DNA of 64,000 bases from an uncultured Desulfobacter sp. Lineage in GTDB: Bacteria > Desulfobacterota > Desulfobacteria > Desulfobacterales > Desulfobacteraceae. A model generated the notes under the pieces. The model did not search any database. It saw only the letters and a program-made list of their open reading frames with translations, and was not told where the DNA came from. Location of the stretch: NCBI GenBank assembly GCA_963665095.1, contig OY762069.1:4736001-4800000 (forward strand), written 5' to 3'. Every line of letters begins with the position of its first letter. Positions within the stretch are counted from its first letter, which is position 1. This document shows positions 1 to 10,230 of this stretch, piece after piece. A program made the translations under genes and the position numbers.

Positions 1-1
1 G

Positions 2-3000
2 GACGTCATCTGCGCCATTACCAGCCGTCCCCCGGTAAGAGCGCTCCAGGTCGTTGAAAACCTGGTCAGTAACGGCTACCTTTCCAGGTACAAAGAAAAA
101 GGGGCTGGCTATTATTACTTATCCGATTTTAAATCCGCCCGGCAGCGCCTGCTTAATGAACCCAGGGACCAGGTCTTTACTCTGGCCCGGAAAGCAGTGG
201 CCGGGGTGTGCCGGTATATGCCGGACAACCTACGGCGCTGGCTGAATCTTGCCCATATTTATCAGGTGTCGGGTCTGCCCATCAAACATTTCAGGGAGGT
301 GATCAAAGCCGGCAACCACTGCCTGCACCTGAACCTTCCACTGGATGCGGCAGCATATTATCGGATGGCCCTGGAGGCCATGGAACCGGCGGAACTTAGT
401 GAAAAAGAGAAAATTTTTTTCATTGATTCGGCCATTAATCTTTGCACCTGCAGGGACACGGCTCTATCCAGAAGCCTTCAGCGCCGTTTTCTAAGCACAG
501 CGCTCAAATTCAGCAAACAGGTTGACTCCCCCATTCGTACCGTAAAGCTCACTGTTCTCATCGGGAAAACTTTTTTCAGAACCATTCACTCCCATGAAAC
601 TGAAAAGTACCTTAACGAAGCTTCGGAAATGCTCTCCAATCAGGAGTTGCCCTCCGAGCTCAGGGTTCAGGTGGCACTGGCCAATTCCGAGCTCTATTTC
701 TGGCAGGGATATATTACCAAGTCCATTGAGTGTTATGAGAACGTATTGGGCAGCCACGAAGAACTGCCCTCGGATGTGGAGACCCTGAAGTGTTATATCC
801 GCATGGGATGGGTATACGGGATTGCCGGGGAAACGGCCCGGGGGTTAGGCCTTATCCGTGCCGTACGAAAAAAAGCACGGGATCTTGAGGCCAAAGACCT
901 TGAACGGTACGCCACATTGATGATGGCCATTGTTTTGTCCGATGTCCGAAGAGTTGATGAAGGAGAGGTGTTTCTCAGAAAAGTATTTGACACCCCGCCG
1001 GAACTGCTTGACCACTGGACCCTGTGGCCGGGAAACGGCAAGCGCGCCTTTTTTGCCTATTGCCGGGGGAACTTTGAAGATGCCTTTAAATTCCAGGATA
1101 TGGCCTGGGAGAATGCCAAAGCCATCGGAACCTGCCACCACAAAGGCGCCGACAACATTGAGGTCATGCTGGGCCTGGAAGAACGGGGTATGGTTCATCC
1201 GGAGTGGAATTTTGACTATGATGTACAGCGGCTGCTGGGCTGGCCTGACATTTATATGCAGGGGGTTGCCTACCGGTTTAAGGCCCTTCGGGCGTATCGC
1301 CAGAAAAAAGATACAAGCCTGGTCAAAGAAGATTTAAAGAAAAGCCTGAGCCTTTTGAACCGGGCCGGCGCCAGAATTGAACTGGCTCACTCCCAGGTCC
1401 TCATGGCCCGGGTCTACATTGATGAAAAAAAGATTCCAAGAGCAGAACGGCTGCTGAAAAAAGCCTGGGAGATATTCCGTCAAATTAATCCCAACCTTCT
1501 CCCCAAAGACCTGAAGCCCTATCTGGATAAAACATCAAAAAATGCCCTGTGGGTGAACTCCCTTTTAAAGGTCAGCAATGCCCTGATATCCGTCAGGAAC
1601 AAAAAGGAGATGCTCAACAAAATTATCCGGCAGGCCATGCAGATTGCCGGGGCGGAACGGGGCGGTATTTTCCTTCGCCAGTCCCGGGGGCTGGAGATGG
1701 CCGCCAGCCGGAACCTGGATATGAATGAAATCCACGGTGCCCGGTTTTCCGAAGAGATGGACCTGATTAAAAAGGTGTTTAAATCAGGCAAAGAGATTAT
1801 TCGGAAACCCAAAAATTTCCAGGAGGATGACAGCCTTTGTTCCGATACCATTGGGTGGGCAGGAGGTTTTCCCATCCGGGTGAAGTCCCTTGTGATCGGT
1901 GTCATTTTTATGGACCGTGGCCCCACCCCGCTGCAGTTCCCCGAGGACGAGGTTGCCCTTTTGCGGATCATCAGCAATCAGATTGCTGCCGCCTTGGATA
2001 ATATGGATGCCTATGAAGAGATCATAGACCTGAATCAGGAGCTGGAGGCCGAGGCCCATCTTTACCGGGAAATCAATGAGTTTGACACAGACGCTCCCTG
2101 CATGATCGGGCATTCGGATGTGTTTAAAAAAATGCTGGCCCTGGTGAAAAAGGTGGCGGCATCGGACACCACCGTGATGATCACCGGTGAAACCGGCGTG
2201 GGCAAAGATATGGTGGCCCAGGCCATTCATCACCACTCCAGTCGATCTTCCCATCCATTTATCGCCGTAAACCTCGTCTCTTTAAGCCCGGAGCTGATTG
2301 CAAGCGAGTTGTTCGGCCATGAAAAAGGCGCGTTTACCGGGGCTTCCCAGGGTAGGAAAGGCCGCTTCGAACTGGCCAGCCGGGGCACCCTGTTTCTGGA
2401 TGACATTGACGCCTTTTCCCTGGATATTCAGGTTAAAATGCTCAGGGTGCTTGAAACAAGGCAGTTTGAACGGGTGGGCGGCAACCAGACGCTTAAAACA
2501 AACTTCCGGCTCCTGGCCTCGAGCAACCGAAACCTGGAGGAACTGGTGGCAAGAGGGCTGTTCAGATCAGATTTTTATTACCGCCTCAATGTCTTTCCCA
2601 TCCACATACCCCCGTTAAGGGAAAGAATAGAAGACATCCCTGTACTTGCAGCTTACTTCATGCAGATGTTTACCAAAAAACTTGGAAAGCAGTTTGATGT
2701 CATTGCCCGGCGGGATATGGAACGCCTGATAAACTACCCCTGGCCCGGGAATATCAGGGAGCTTCGCCATGTCATGGAACGGGCCGTGCTGTTGAGCCGG
2801 AACGGCAGATTGACCATACCGGAGCTGGATGCGGGTCTGTCAACGTCCAAAACAAAACAGGAGCCGATTTTACCATACAGGGAGATGGAAGCCCGGTATA
2901 TTGTCCGGGTTCTGAACCATTGCCAGGGGAAAATCAGCGGCCAGGGCGGCGCTGCCGAACTGATGGATCTAAAGCCCACCACCTTGTATTCAAAAATGAA

Positions 3001-3046
3001 ACGGCTTGGGATTAAAAAAGATATCTACCGCCGGCAGCAGACTTGA
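2..3046 (+). CDS. Sigma-54-dependent enhancer-binding protein (TPR-like + GAF + AAA+ + Fis-type HTH), 5' end outside window
   Basis: Frame is open from base 2 into the tracked ORF 197..3046. Contains Walker A GETGVGKD, ELFGHEKGAFTGA, FRSDFYYRLNVFPI, WPGNIREL and C-terminal HTH (AAELMDLKPTTLYSKMKRLG). Confidence 0.93.
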   Translation, partial: DVICAITSRPPVRALQVVENLVSNGYLSRYKEKGAGYYYLSDFKSARQRLLNEPRDQVFTLARKAVAGVCRYMPDNLRRWLNLAHIYQVSGLPIKHFREVIKAGNHCLHLNLPLDAAAYYRMALEAMEPAELSEKEKIFFIDSAINLCTCRDTALSRSLQRRFLSTALKFSKQVDSPIRTVKLTVLIGKTFFRTIHSHETEKYLNEASEMLSNQELPSELRVQVALANSELYFWQGYITKSIECYENVLGSHEELPSDVETLKCYIRMGWVYGIAGETARGLGLIRAVRKKARDLEAKDLERYATLMMAIVLSDVRRVDEGEVFLRKVFDTPPELLDHWTLWPGNGKRAFFAYCRGNFEDAFKFQDMAWENAKAIGTCHHKGADNIEVMLGLEERGMVHPEWNFDYDVQRLLGWPDIYMQGVAYRFKALRAYRQKKDTSLVKEDLKKSLSLLNRAGARIELAHSQVLMARVYIDEKKIPRAERLLKKAWEIFRQINPNLLPKDLKPYLDKTSKNALWVNSLLKVSNALISVRNKKEMLNKIIRQAMQIAGAERGGIFLRQSRGLEMAASRNLDMNEIHGARFSEEMDLIKKVFKSGKEIIRKPKNFQEDDSLCSDTIGWAGGFPIRVKSLVIGVIFMDRGPTPLQFPEDEVALLRIISNQIAAALDNMDAYEEIIDLNQELEAEAHLYREINEFDTDAPCMIGHSDVFKKMLALVKKVAASDTTVMITGETGVGKDMVAQAIHHHSSRSSHPFIAVNLVSLSPELIASELFGHEKGAFTGASQGRKGRFELASRGTLFLDDIDAFSLDIQVKMLRVLETRQFERVGGNQTLKTNFRLLASSNRNLEELVARGLFRSDFYYRLNVFPIHIPPLRERIEDIPVLAAYFMQMFTKKLGKQFDVIARRDMERLINYPWPGNIRELRHVMERAVLLSRNGRLTIPELDAGLSTSKTKQEPILPYREMEARYIVRVLNHCQGKISGQGGAAELMDLKPTTLYSKMKRLGIKKDIYRRQQT

Positions 3047-3085
3047 AAAAAAGCCTGCCGCCTCCGAGGGATGGAGGCGGCAGGC
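3046..3085 (-). terminator. Intrinsic terminator of the minus-strand methyltransferase operon
   Basis: 13-bp stem GCCTGCCGCCTCC/GGAGGCGGCAGGC (3053-3085) with an adjacent A7 run that reads as U7 on the minus strand, between convergent genes. Confidence 0.85.
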
Positions 3086-3145
3086 AATTAAGAAAGAGCG
3101 CAATAAGGACCTGGAACACAAAAAATTTTTTTATGTTCCATGGGG

Positions 3146-4123
3146 TTAAAACATCTTCTTGCTCATCTCATCAATGGCTTTGGAAGCAGCATCGTACACT
3201 CCGGGAAAGGAGCTGATGCCAAGGCCCTGGGTCAGGCAGGGGATGAAATATTTTGTGCCGCACTCGGTGCATGCCTTTTCCACGGCCTTTTCAATATCTT
3301 CCACCTTCCAGTCCTGGTGGTCCAGGGGCCCTGAATCCAGCTGCCCCATGAAGGTGAGCTGGCCGCCATACTGCTTGATCAGCTCCGGGGTATTGTTGGT
3401 GGTCATCACCCCCTGCCAGATGTCGATCCCCATCTCAATCATAAAGGGCACCAGATTGGCGGCATAGGAGTCACTGTGGTGGACAATCAGCTCCACGCCG
3501 TTGTCCTTCCAGAACCCGTAAACCTTTTTGTACGCCGGCAAATAAAATTCCTCAAACATATCCGGAGACATAAAGGAAGAGATCTGGCTGCCCCAGTCAT
3601 CATGATGAAAAAGGGCATCGGGCTTAAGGTATTTTACAACCTCTTTGGCGTGGGCAATTTCGTAATCACAGAGACAGTCAATGAGTTCAGCCATGCATTC
3701 GGGCTCTTCGTAAAGCCCCATCATGGCATCTTCCATTCCCATGAGGCTGTGGGTCATCTCAAAGATGCCCGGCGCATAAAACAGCGCCACATATTTATCA
3801 TTGCGATCCACGGATTCCGCCTGTTTGATCGCAGTCGCCCAGTTTTCTTCAGGAAAAATCACCGAAGGCACCGTGATCTCCTCTTTCCACCTGGTAATGT
3901 CTTTCAGGGCTTTGAGTGATTCAGTATGTACGGGGAACGGGCCCAGCTGATCTTTGGGCCAGCTGTAGGTAATGCCCCACTCATTGACAATGGTTTCTCC
4001 GGGCTGGGCCTTGATTCTGCGAGGTGCTGTCAGGATCACCTCCATGAACTCGTACTGGTTGACGTACCGGTCGGGATTTCCGCCTTTCATGGTTTCAATC
4101 AGATTTTGTCGTTTGGTTAGCAT
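3146..4123 (-). CDS. URO-D-family corrinoid protein methyltransferase (O-demethylase methyltransferase I-like)
   Basis: HHDDWGSQ...FMSP..F.EFYLPAYK and HHSDS motifs of the URO-D/MtaA TIM-barrel family. N-terminus MLTKRQNL..GGNPDR resembles acetogen aromatic O-demethylase MT I. Adjacent to a corrinoid protein. Confidence 0.85.
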   Translation of the reverse strand: MLTKRQNLIETMKGGNPDRYVNQYEFMEVILTAPRRIKAQPGETIVNEWGITYSWPKDQLGPFPVHTESLKALKDITRWKEEITVPSVIFPEENWATAIKQAESVDRNDKYVALFYAPGIFEMTHSLMGMEDAMMGLYEEPECMAELIDCLCDYEIAHAKEVVKYLKPDALFHHDDWGSQISSFMSPDMFEEFYLPAYKKVYGFWKDNGVELIVHHSDSYAANLVPFMIEMGIDIWQGVMTTNNTPELIKQYGGQLTFMGQLDSGPLDHQDWKVEDIEKAVEKACTECGTKYFIPCLTQGLGISSFPGVYDAASKAIDEMSKKMF

Positions 4124-4144
4124 GATATGAACCTCCTTTTGATT

Positions 4145-4783
4145 TTATGCTGCGGTGACCAGTTCCCTGGCTTTGGTAGCGGCGCCGCCTGCATCAGCAG
4201 CGTAGCCGTCAGCCCCAATTTCATCTGCAAACTCCTGGGTGACCGGGGCACCGCCCACAATGACCTTAAACCCGTCAAGGCCGCTCTTTTTGATGGCTTG
4301 AACCGTTTGCTTCAAGGCGGGCATGGTGGTGGACAACAGCCCGGAACACGCCACAATGGTCACATTTTCATTGGATTTAATGGCCTCCACAAATGCTTCC
4401 GGGGAGACATCCACGCCGAGGTCCACAACCTTGAACCCTGCACTTTCCACCATCATGGAGACCAGATTTTTGCCAATGTCGTGCAAATCCCCCTGAACCG
4501 TCCCAATAATGCAGGTGCCAAGCCCGGCGGTCGCGTCATCCCCTGCCAGATGGGGCTTCAGCACTTCAACGCCCTTTGACATGGCCTTGGCCGCAATAAG
4601 CATCTCCGGAACAAACAGGGCCCCAGTGGAGAACTTTTCCCCCACCACCCCCATGCCATCCACCATGGCCTGAAGAATATCAGCAGGTGAATCCCCGGCA
4701 TCAATGGCCTCCTGGACAATCCCGGGCAACAGTTTAGTCTTCCCCTTTTCAGTATTTTCCTGAACCTCACTCAATTTCGACAT
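4145..4783 (-). CDS. Cobalamin-binding corrinoid protein
   Basis: B12 cap motif FVPEMLIAA plus GDLHDIGKNLV (DxHxxG), SGLLSTT and VGGAPV. Confidence 0.95.
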   Translation of the reverse strand: MSKLSEVQENTEKGKTKLLPGIVQEAIDAGDSPADILQAMVDGMGVVGEKFSTGALFVPEMLIAAKAMSKGVEVLKPHLAGDDATAGLGTCIIGTVQGDLHDIGKNLVSMMVESAGFKVVDLGVDVSPEAFVEAIKSNENVTIVACSGLLSTTMPALKQTVQAIKKSGLDGFKVIVGGAPVTQEFADEIGADGYAADAGGAATKARELVTAA

Positions 4784-4849
4784 AATATCTCCTCACATTT
4801 TTTATTTTCACTTGACTTAACATACTATTAATTCTTTAACCGGGGCTCG

Positions 4850-4972
4850 TGTTTGGACGAGAAGTTGCCCAGATGCAAGGCGCTTGGGAATTTGCAACCG
4901 AGCAACCTTTTCGGTTGTGAGGATTGCAGATTCCCATGCAACGCCGCAGGTGGCTGACTTCTCGTTCAAACA
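4850..4972. repeat. Structured ~123 bp MITE/REP-like element, copy 1
   Basis: 16-bp terminal inverted repeat with one mismatch (TGTTTGGACGAGAAGT / ACTTCTCGTTCAAACA) and nested internal stems. Homologous to 57600-57714. Confidence 0.75.
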
Positions 4973-5776
4973 TCAGTTTACAGGGCCGAACAGGCCTTCC
5001 CTGTACCCGCTGATATATTCCATGCAAAACTCATCCATCCCCATGCAGGCCTCTGCTGCATAAATCAACCCCATCATATGCTTATGCAATGGATTGATAA
5101 TGGCCGAATCCATGCCCGCACCAATGGCCAGCACAAGAAACGCCTGGTTGACAAACTTTCTGGCCGGCAGATTAAAGGAGATATTGGAAGCCCCGCCGGT
5201 AATGTGAATGGCAGGATACCGGCGCTTGATCTCCTTCATAACCTCAATAATTGGAAGAATGCCCTCTTCAGCCGTGCACAGCATCTCAACCAGCGGGTCA
5301 ATGTGCAGCCGGGAGGGATCAATATTGTATGCTTTGGCTTTTTTCATTATCTCTTCAAATACCTCAAGGCGCTTTTCCGCAGATTTTGGAATCCCGGTAT
5401 CATCGCACAACAACGCGGCACATTCCCATTTGGTATCTGCAATTTTAGGAAAGATCACCTCAACTTTATCACCTTCCATGGATACGGAGTTGATCAATCC
5501 GGGCTTTTTGCAGAAATCAATACATTGGGCGCAGATTCCGGCATCCGGACTGTCAATGGCAATGGGCGTGTCCGTAACTTCCTGGACCAGGTCGATGAGC
5601 CACTTCATGGTGTCAAGTTCTATGGCAACGTCTGTGGAGGCGCATACATCAATGAAGCTTGAACCGGCTTCTGTCTGGGTGGCTGCAAGATTCTTGATAT
5701 GGCCTTCATCTTTTTCTGCAATGGCCTGGGCAACCGAGGGAATGGCCCCGTTAATTTTTTCTCCGATAATAATCAT
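4973..5776 (-). CDS. Methyltetrahydrofolate:corrinoid methyltransferase (pterin-binding, AcsE/MT II-like)
   Basis: IIIGEKING, IAIDS, INSVS, IDPLV, GASNISFNLP and AGMDSAI motifs. Confidence 0.92.
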   Translation of the reverse strand: MIIIGEKINGAIPSVAQAIAEKDEGHIKNLAATQTEAGSSFIDVCASTDVAIELDTMKWLIDLVQEVTDTPIAIDSPDAGICAQCIDFCKKPGLINSVSMEGDKVEVIFPKIADTKWECAALLCDDTGIPKSAEKRLEVFEEIMKKAKAYNIDPSRLHIDPLVEMLCTAEEGILPIIEVMKEIKRRYPAIHITGGASNISFNLPARKFVNQAFLVLAIGAGMDSAIINPLHKHMMGLIYAAEACMGMDEFCMEYISGYREGLFGPVN

Positions 5777-5893
5777 ACTGAAATATCCTTCATTTATTTG
5801 TTATCTTTCACGCATTCACAGGGTGTCCCATGAATTTCCTATACGTTGTTTCAGGCCGGGCACAGATTCAGAAAACCCGGGAACAGGTGGCGG

Positions 5894-7192
5894 TTACTCC
5901 TGGGGCACAAGTTTTAAAAACATCAGCATGCATCCTCCCAGAAGTGCGCCGCCGCCCATGACCATGGCCACGGTGGGCAGGGTGGCATGGGCCTGCAAAA
6001 GAAGGCCCGCCAGAATCGGGGAGAGTACGGCTCCGGCACGCCCGGTGCCGATGACAAACCCGGTACCTGTGGCCCTGACACCGGTGGGGAACGATATTGC
6101 CAGCATGGAATACAACCCGGATATACCGGCGTTTCCAAAAAAGCCGGCAAGCCCGGCCAGTAGTTTGATCTGCCCCATATCCGCAGAGGTCCTTCCAAAA
6201 ACAGCAATAAACACAAATGTCAGCGCAAGAATCGCGATGGTCAGTTTTTTCAGATCAAACCAGTTTGTCAGCCAACCGAAAAGTGCGGCACCAAGGGCGC
6301 CTCCCATACTGACACAGACCAGTGCCTGGCCGGCCAGAGAGGGGTGAAAGCCCATGTCTGCAACGATTTTCGGGGACCACTTCATGACAAAATAGAACGA
6401 GGTCATATGCAGGAAATAGGTCACGGTCAGAATCAGTGTAATATGGATCATTGACCCGGAAAAAATATCGGCAATGGATTGTTTTTCCAGGCTTAAACTG
6501 ATTTTTGGCAGGGATTGTACGGCGTTAAAATTCATCCGGACAAGGGCCTTATTGATTTTTTCAAGTGCATTGGCCGGCTGTTTACGGGCCAGCCAATGAA
6601 CCGATTCCGGAACGAAGAAAAAGACCAGCGGGATCAGCACACCGGTGAGAACCGCACCAAAATAAAAGATAATCCGCCAGTCATGGGTGGATAGCAGATG
6701 AGAGGCCATCATGCCGCCAAATGTGCCGCCCAGAGGATATCCGATCACCATGATGGAGATACACATTCCCCGGCGTTTGATATTGGAAAACTCTGCAACC
6801 ACCGCATTGACACAGGCCAGAATGCCGCCGATCCCCAGACCGATAATCACGCGCCAAATGGATAATTGTACCACATTGGCAGCAGTGGGAACCAGCAGCA
6901 TGCCCCCGGTCATGGAAATGAGGCACAACAAAAGGGTAGGTCTGCGGCCAAACCGGTCTGCAGTACCGCCAAGAATAAACGATCCAATGGCCATGCCGAT
7001 GAGCTCCATGGACATGACCACACCCAAGGCGGCCGGTGTGGTTCCCCACTCTTTGGCAATCCCCGGGGCGGCAAAGCTGATAGACAGTACGTCAAACCCG
7101 TCTATGGCGTTTAACAGGACGGTGATGAATACCACAAAAATCTGCAGCCGGCTCATCCTGCCGTGGTCAATGGCCTCCATTGGGTTTTTCAT
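5894..7192 (-). CDS. MFS aromatic acid:H+ symporter (AAHS family, PcaK/VanK/BenK-like)
   Basis: About 12 TM segments; TM1 motif DGFDVLSISFAAP, ADRFGRR and FPTGVRATG..GRAG. Confidence 0.85.
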   Translation of the reverse strand: MKNPMEAIDHGRMSRLQIFVVFITVLLNAIDGFDVLSISFAAPGIAKEWGTTPAALGVVMSMELIGMAIGSFILGGTADRFGRRPTLLLCLISMTGGMLLVPTAANVVQLSIWRVIIGLGIGGILACVNAVVAEFSNIKRRGMCISIMVIGYPLGGTFGGMMASHLLSTHDWRIIFYFGAVLTGVLIPLVFFFVPESVHWLARKQPANALEKINKALVRMNFNAVQSLPKISLSLEKQSIADIFSGSMIHITLILTVTYFLHMTSFYFVMKWSPKIVADMGFHPSLAGQALVCVSMGGALGAALFGWLTNWFDLKKLTIAILALTFVFIAVFGRTSADMGQIKLLAGLAGFFGNAGISGLYSMLAISFPTGVRATGTGFVIGTGRAGAVLSPILAGLLLQAHATLPTVAMVMGGGALLGGCMLMFLKLVPQE

Positions 7193-7256
7193 AATATCCT
7201 TTCTGTCTTAACAAAGGGTTAGCGATAAAATTACATCGAAAATTTTGATTCCGGTC

Positions 7257-7296
7257 TTGCAGGCTGCTGAAAGATAACGGCCTCAACAGCCTGCAA
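7257..7296. other. Intergenic stem-loop (attenuator or mRNA stabiliser after porin)
   Basis: TTGCAGGCTG / CAGCCTGCAA inverted repeat. Confidence 0.55.
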
Positions 7297-7330
7297 AACA
7301 GCGGAAGGTCTTGCTCATCCGGGTTGGGTG

Positions 7331-8569
7331 TTAGAAACTGTATTTCACATAGCTTTGCACTTTCATCATGTCGCCCTCACGTCCGTCCATGACCTCCTGT
7401 TCCATCTGGGTGAATCCCAGGGCGCATTCAACGGAGGTGGTGACTTTCCAGACCAGCATGGTGTGCCAGGCAAAGGCGTTTTTGTTGGCGGTTCCTGAAA
7501 GAACTCCGTTGTCGTAGGCATCTTCGTCATTCTCTGAATATCCGCAGCCAAGGATCCAGTTCAGTTTGTCCGTCAATTTAAAGTTGACGCCGGTGTTGAC
7601 ACTCCAGAATTCTATGGTTTCAATATCTCCGTCATCGTTGATGCCGGCGCCGCTGTTCAGACCCAGCGCTGCATAGCGGCCGATGCCGTCGCCATATGTC
7701 AGTCCCAAAGTAATTTTGTGCCCCTTTCCAAACCCGACATGGGAGGTCAGAGAGCCGGCCCAGGCCATGGTTGATTTGTCGTCCATTTCAAACCGTCTGA
7801 CCAGAACTTTGGGGGATACGTGGAACCAGCTGTTGGCCCAAAAGTATTTAACCACAACATCAGGCATGGTCTCTTCTGTGTTGGTGACTGTATGCTGGAA
7901 CAGGGTGCCGCCCTTGGTGAATCCGCGATCCGGGTTTTCAGCAGATAGGGCCAGATAGTGGCCTTTGTCAAAATTATAGGTCACTCGGACCTGGGGCTGG
8001 CGGACAAATGGCTGGCCCGGGTCTCCGGCCAGATCCATCACAGGCACGGCCCCGGCAAAGTCCATGAATGTGGACCAGCTCTGACCGGCCAGCACATCAT
8101 ACTTTTTTAACTTTAAAACCGCATAGGCATGGCGTAACCGGAACTGACGGCTGTTGGACCAGGTATCCGAGGAGTAGTCGGTATCGGAGTTATAATCACC
8201 TTCAAGACAGGTGGACAAAAGACCGATGTCCGTCTGGGTTTCGGTTTTCATGAAAAGACGGCTTTCCCTGGCTGTCATGGCGAAACGGTCCTCTTCATCA
8301 TAGGGGGCGCTGCCGTCCAGAGGGACACTGTAAGCACTTACTTCATCACCCATGCCATTGGGGATGCTGTCGTTCACTGTACCGTTAATGTCATAATTAG
8401 CAGAGAGTTTAACATACCCCCCAAGATTCACCTTGGTTCCTTTAACATCAAATTCTACAGCAGATGCTGTTCCTGCTGCCAGGCACAACGTCAGAGCCGC
8501 TACAATGCATGCAGCCGGATTTGTAAAAATCATTCCCACCATCCGGTGAGCAGTTTTAAAACAGGTCAT
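7331..8569 (-). CDS. DcaP-family outer membrane porin
   Basis: Signal peptide, GGYVKL, ARESRL, FRLRHAY, GQSWSTFMD, RQPQVR and C-terminal Phe. Confidence 0.85.
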   Translation of the reverse strand: MTCFKTAHRMVGMIFTNPAACIVAALTLCLAAGTASAVEFDVKGTKVNLGGYVKLSANYDINGTVNDSIPNGMGDEVSAYSVPLDGSAPYDEEDRFAMTARESRLFMKTETQTDIGLLSTCLEGDYNSDTDYSSDTWSNSRQFRLRHAYAVLKLKKYDVLAGQSWSTFMDFAGAVPVMDLAGDPGQPFVRQPQVRVTYNFDKGHYLALSAENPDRGFTKGGTLFQHTVTNTEETMPDVVVKYFWANSWFHVSPKVLVRRFEMDDKSTMAWAGSLTSHVGFGKGHKITLGLTYGDGIGRYAALGLNSGAGINDDGDIETIEFWSVNTGVNFKLTDKLNWILGCGYSENDEDAYDNGVLSGTANKNAFAWHTMLVWKVTTSVECALGFTQMEQEVMDGREGDMMKVQSYVKYSF

Positions 8570-8634
8570 CTTTTCTCCTCTTCTTTCTTCATTGCATTTG
8601 ATTAATGTGAACTTTCTATCCTCATATTTATTTG

Positions 8635-8685
8635 AACCATGGGGCGGCCAGGCAGACGGCTTCTCCGGGGCGCTGCCCCATGGTT
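8635..8685. other. Intergenic stem-loop
   Basis: AACCATGGGGCGGC / GCTGCCCCATGGTT inverted repeat. Confidence 0.55.
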
Positions 8686-8735
8686 GTCCGGGAAATACGC
8701 ATATCCTGTATAGGTATTTCCTTCAGAGCCGTTGT

Positions 8736-10097
8736 TTAATTTCGTGCGGCTATTTCCTCCTGGATCTGTTTGTGACGTTCGGGGGTAATGCGGTAAAGGA
8801 ATACGGTGATGATCAGGCCCACACCGATGAACAGTGCCGGTACCAGGGCAATACCGTTTTTAATGCCTGAGATCAGTTCCGGTGTCGGGGCCATGTCCGC
8901 CACATAGCCGGCGGAGACCAGGATACCTGTGATAATAACGCTTCTGATGAAAATGGCGGCTTTAATGGGAAAACTGATCAGGGACATAATAAACCCTCGG
9001 GCATTTTTCCCTGTTTTCCATTCGCCATAGTCCACTGTTGCTGAATACATGGCGACCCCGAGGGTGTCAGGCATGCCGTATCCAAGGTAGGCTACAAACA
9101 TAACCACCATGAAGGAGATATGGTTCATGGGGAAAAGCCATACGATGAGAAGGCCTGCGATAAACAGAGACAGGGAGGCAATATATGTGTTGCGCTCCCC
9201 GACTTTTTTGGCGATGGGGCCGGTGGCCATGGCGCCGAAAAAACTGACGACGTTCAGACCCGTGAAAAAGACGGCTATCATGCCCAGGTTGTTGACCACA
9301 TATTTGAAATAGTAAAATGCCAGACCGAAAATAATAAACCGTCCCAGGTAGCGGCCAAGTTCCGCCAGCATCAGGCCGATGAGCGGGGGATTGATGACGA
9401 TCTGCTTGAACATTTCACCAATGCTCATTTTATCTTTGGCGGCAGCCTTGTCGCCGGCTTTGGGATGATATGCATACTCTTTTGTCAGTGAAAAAATAGT
9501 CCAGTAGCAAAATGTCATTAATGCTCCGGATACAATAACGGTAAGCGTGCAGCCAAGGGCCTGGTTGCCGCCGCCTAAAAGCTGGATACATTTTGCCCCC
9601 ACCATGGAAAAGACAATGGAACCCGCCGCATTGAACATGCCTCTGTTGGATGCCATGGAGATTCTCTCCTCCCGAACGGTTGTCAGGGAGTTGTTCATGG
9701 CAACATGGGCGGCATAAAAAATGTTCCAGATCAGATGCGAAAAGGTAAACCCGATGGATATCAGAATGGCGTTCATCATGGGATCGCCGAATTTAAGAAA
9801 CTGGAGGGTAAAGAATAGAACCGCCAGAGGCGGGCCGATGAGCAGCCATGACCGGTAACGCCCCCAGCGCATGCTGCTTTTTTCAATAATGATACCGGCC
9901 GTGGGCACCCAGACAATGTCAATAATGCTTGTGACCATTAGCACAGTACCGGCAATGGTCACGGGAATCTTTGCATAATCGGTCAGAAACGCGGCAAAGA
10001 AAAAGATTTCCATGTTTACTAAAAGCTGAAATCCGAACGACGGCAACCCATACAGGTTGATAACGGATTTTTTCAGACTTTTACCTTGAGCCTCCAT
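8736..10097 (-). CDS. GPH-family (MelB/UidB-like) cation symporter
   Basis: RWGRYRSWLL, ERISMAS.R and VDYGEWKTG..ARG motifs; about 12 TMs. Confidence 0.88.
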   Translation of the reverse strand: MEAQGKSLKKSVINLYGLPSFGFQLLVNMEIFFFAAFLTDYAKIPVTIAGTVLMVTSIIDIVWVPTAGIIIEKSSMRWGRYRSWLLIGPPLAVLFFTLQFLKFGDPMMNAILISIGFTFSHLIWNIFYAAHVAMNNSLTTVREERISMASNRGMFNAAGSIVFSMVGAKCIQLLGGGNQALGCTLTVIVSGALMTFCYWTIFSLTKEYAYHPKAGDKAAAKDKMSIGEMFKQIVINPPLIGLMLAELGRYLGRFIIFGLAFYYFKYVVNNLGMIAVFFTGLNVVSFFGAMATGPIAKKVGERNTYIASLSLFIAGLLIVWLFPMNHISFMVVMFVAYLGYGMPDTLGVAMYSATVDYGEWKTGKNARGFIMSLISFPIKAAIFIRSVIITGILVSAGYVADMAPTPELISGIKNGIALVPALFIGVGLIITVFLYRITPERHKQIQEEIAARN

Positions 10098-10198
10098 AAA
10101 ACGTTCCTCCTTACTTTAAGTGGTGGCGGTATATCGAAATACCGTCGGGTAATTGGGTTGTTGAGCATGCTGCACATTGATGATCGTGAAGGCCTAAG

Positions 10199-10214
10199 AG
10201 CAAAACGGATGCCA
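10199..10214 (-). promoter_or_regulatory. Sigma-54 (-24/-12) promoter
   Basis: Minus strand reads TGGCATCCGTTTTGCT, GG-N10-GC, about 100 nt upstream of the operon's first start codon. Confidence 0.82.
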
Positions 10215-10230
10215 GAGACATAAAAATTTA

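Noticed and set aside
3146..4123. Annotation as heme-pathway uroporphyrinogen decarboxylase (hemE)
   Set aside because: Lacks the HemE RQAGR motif and sits with corrinoid methyl-transfer genes.
5208..6347. 379-aa plus-strand ORF
   Set aside because: Antisense shadow of the methyltransferase and MFS genes; no recognisable motifs.
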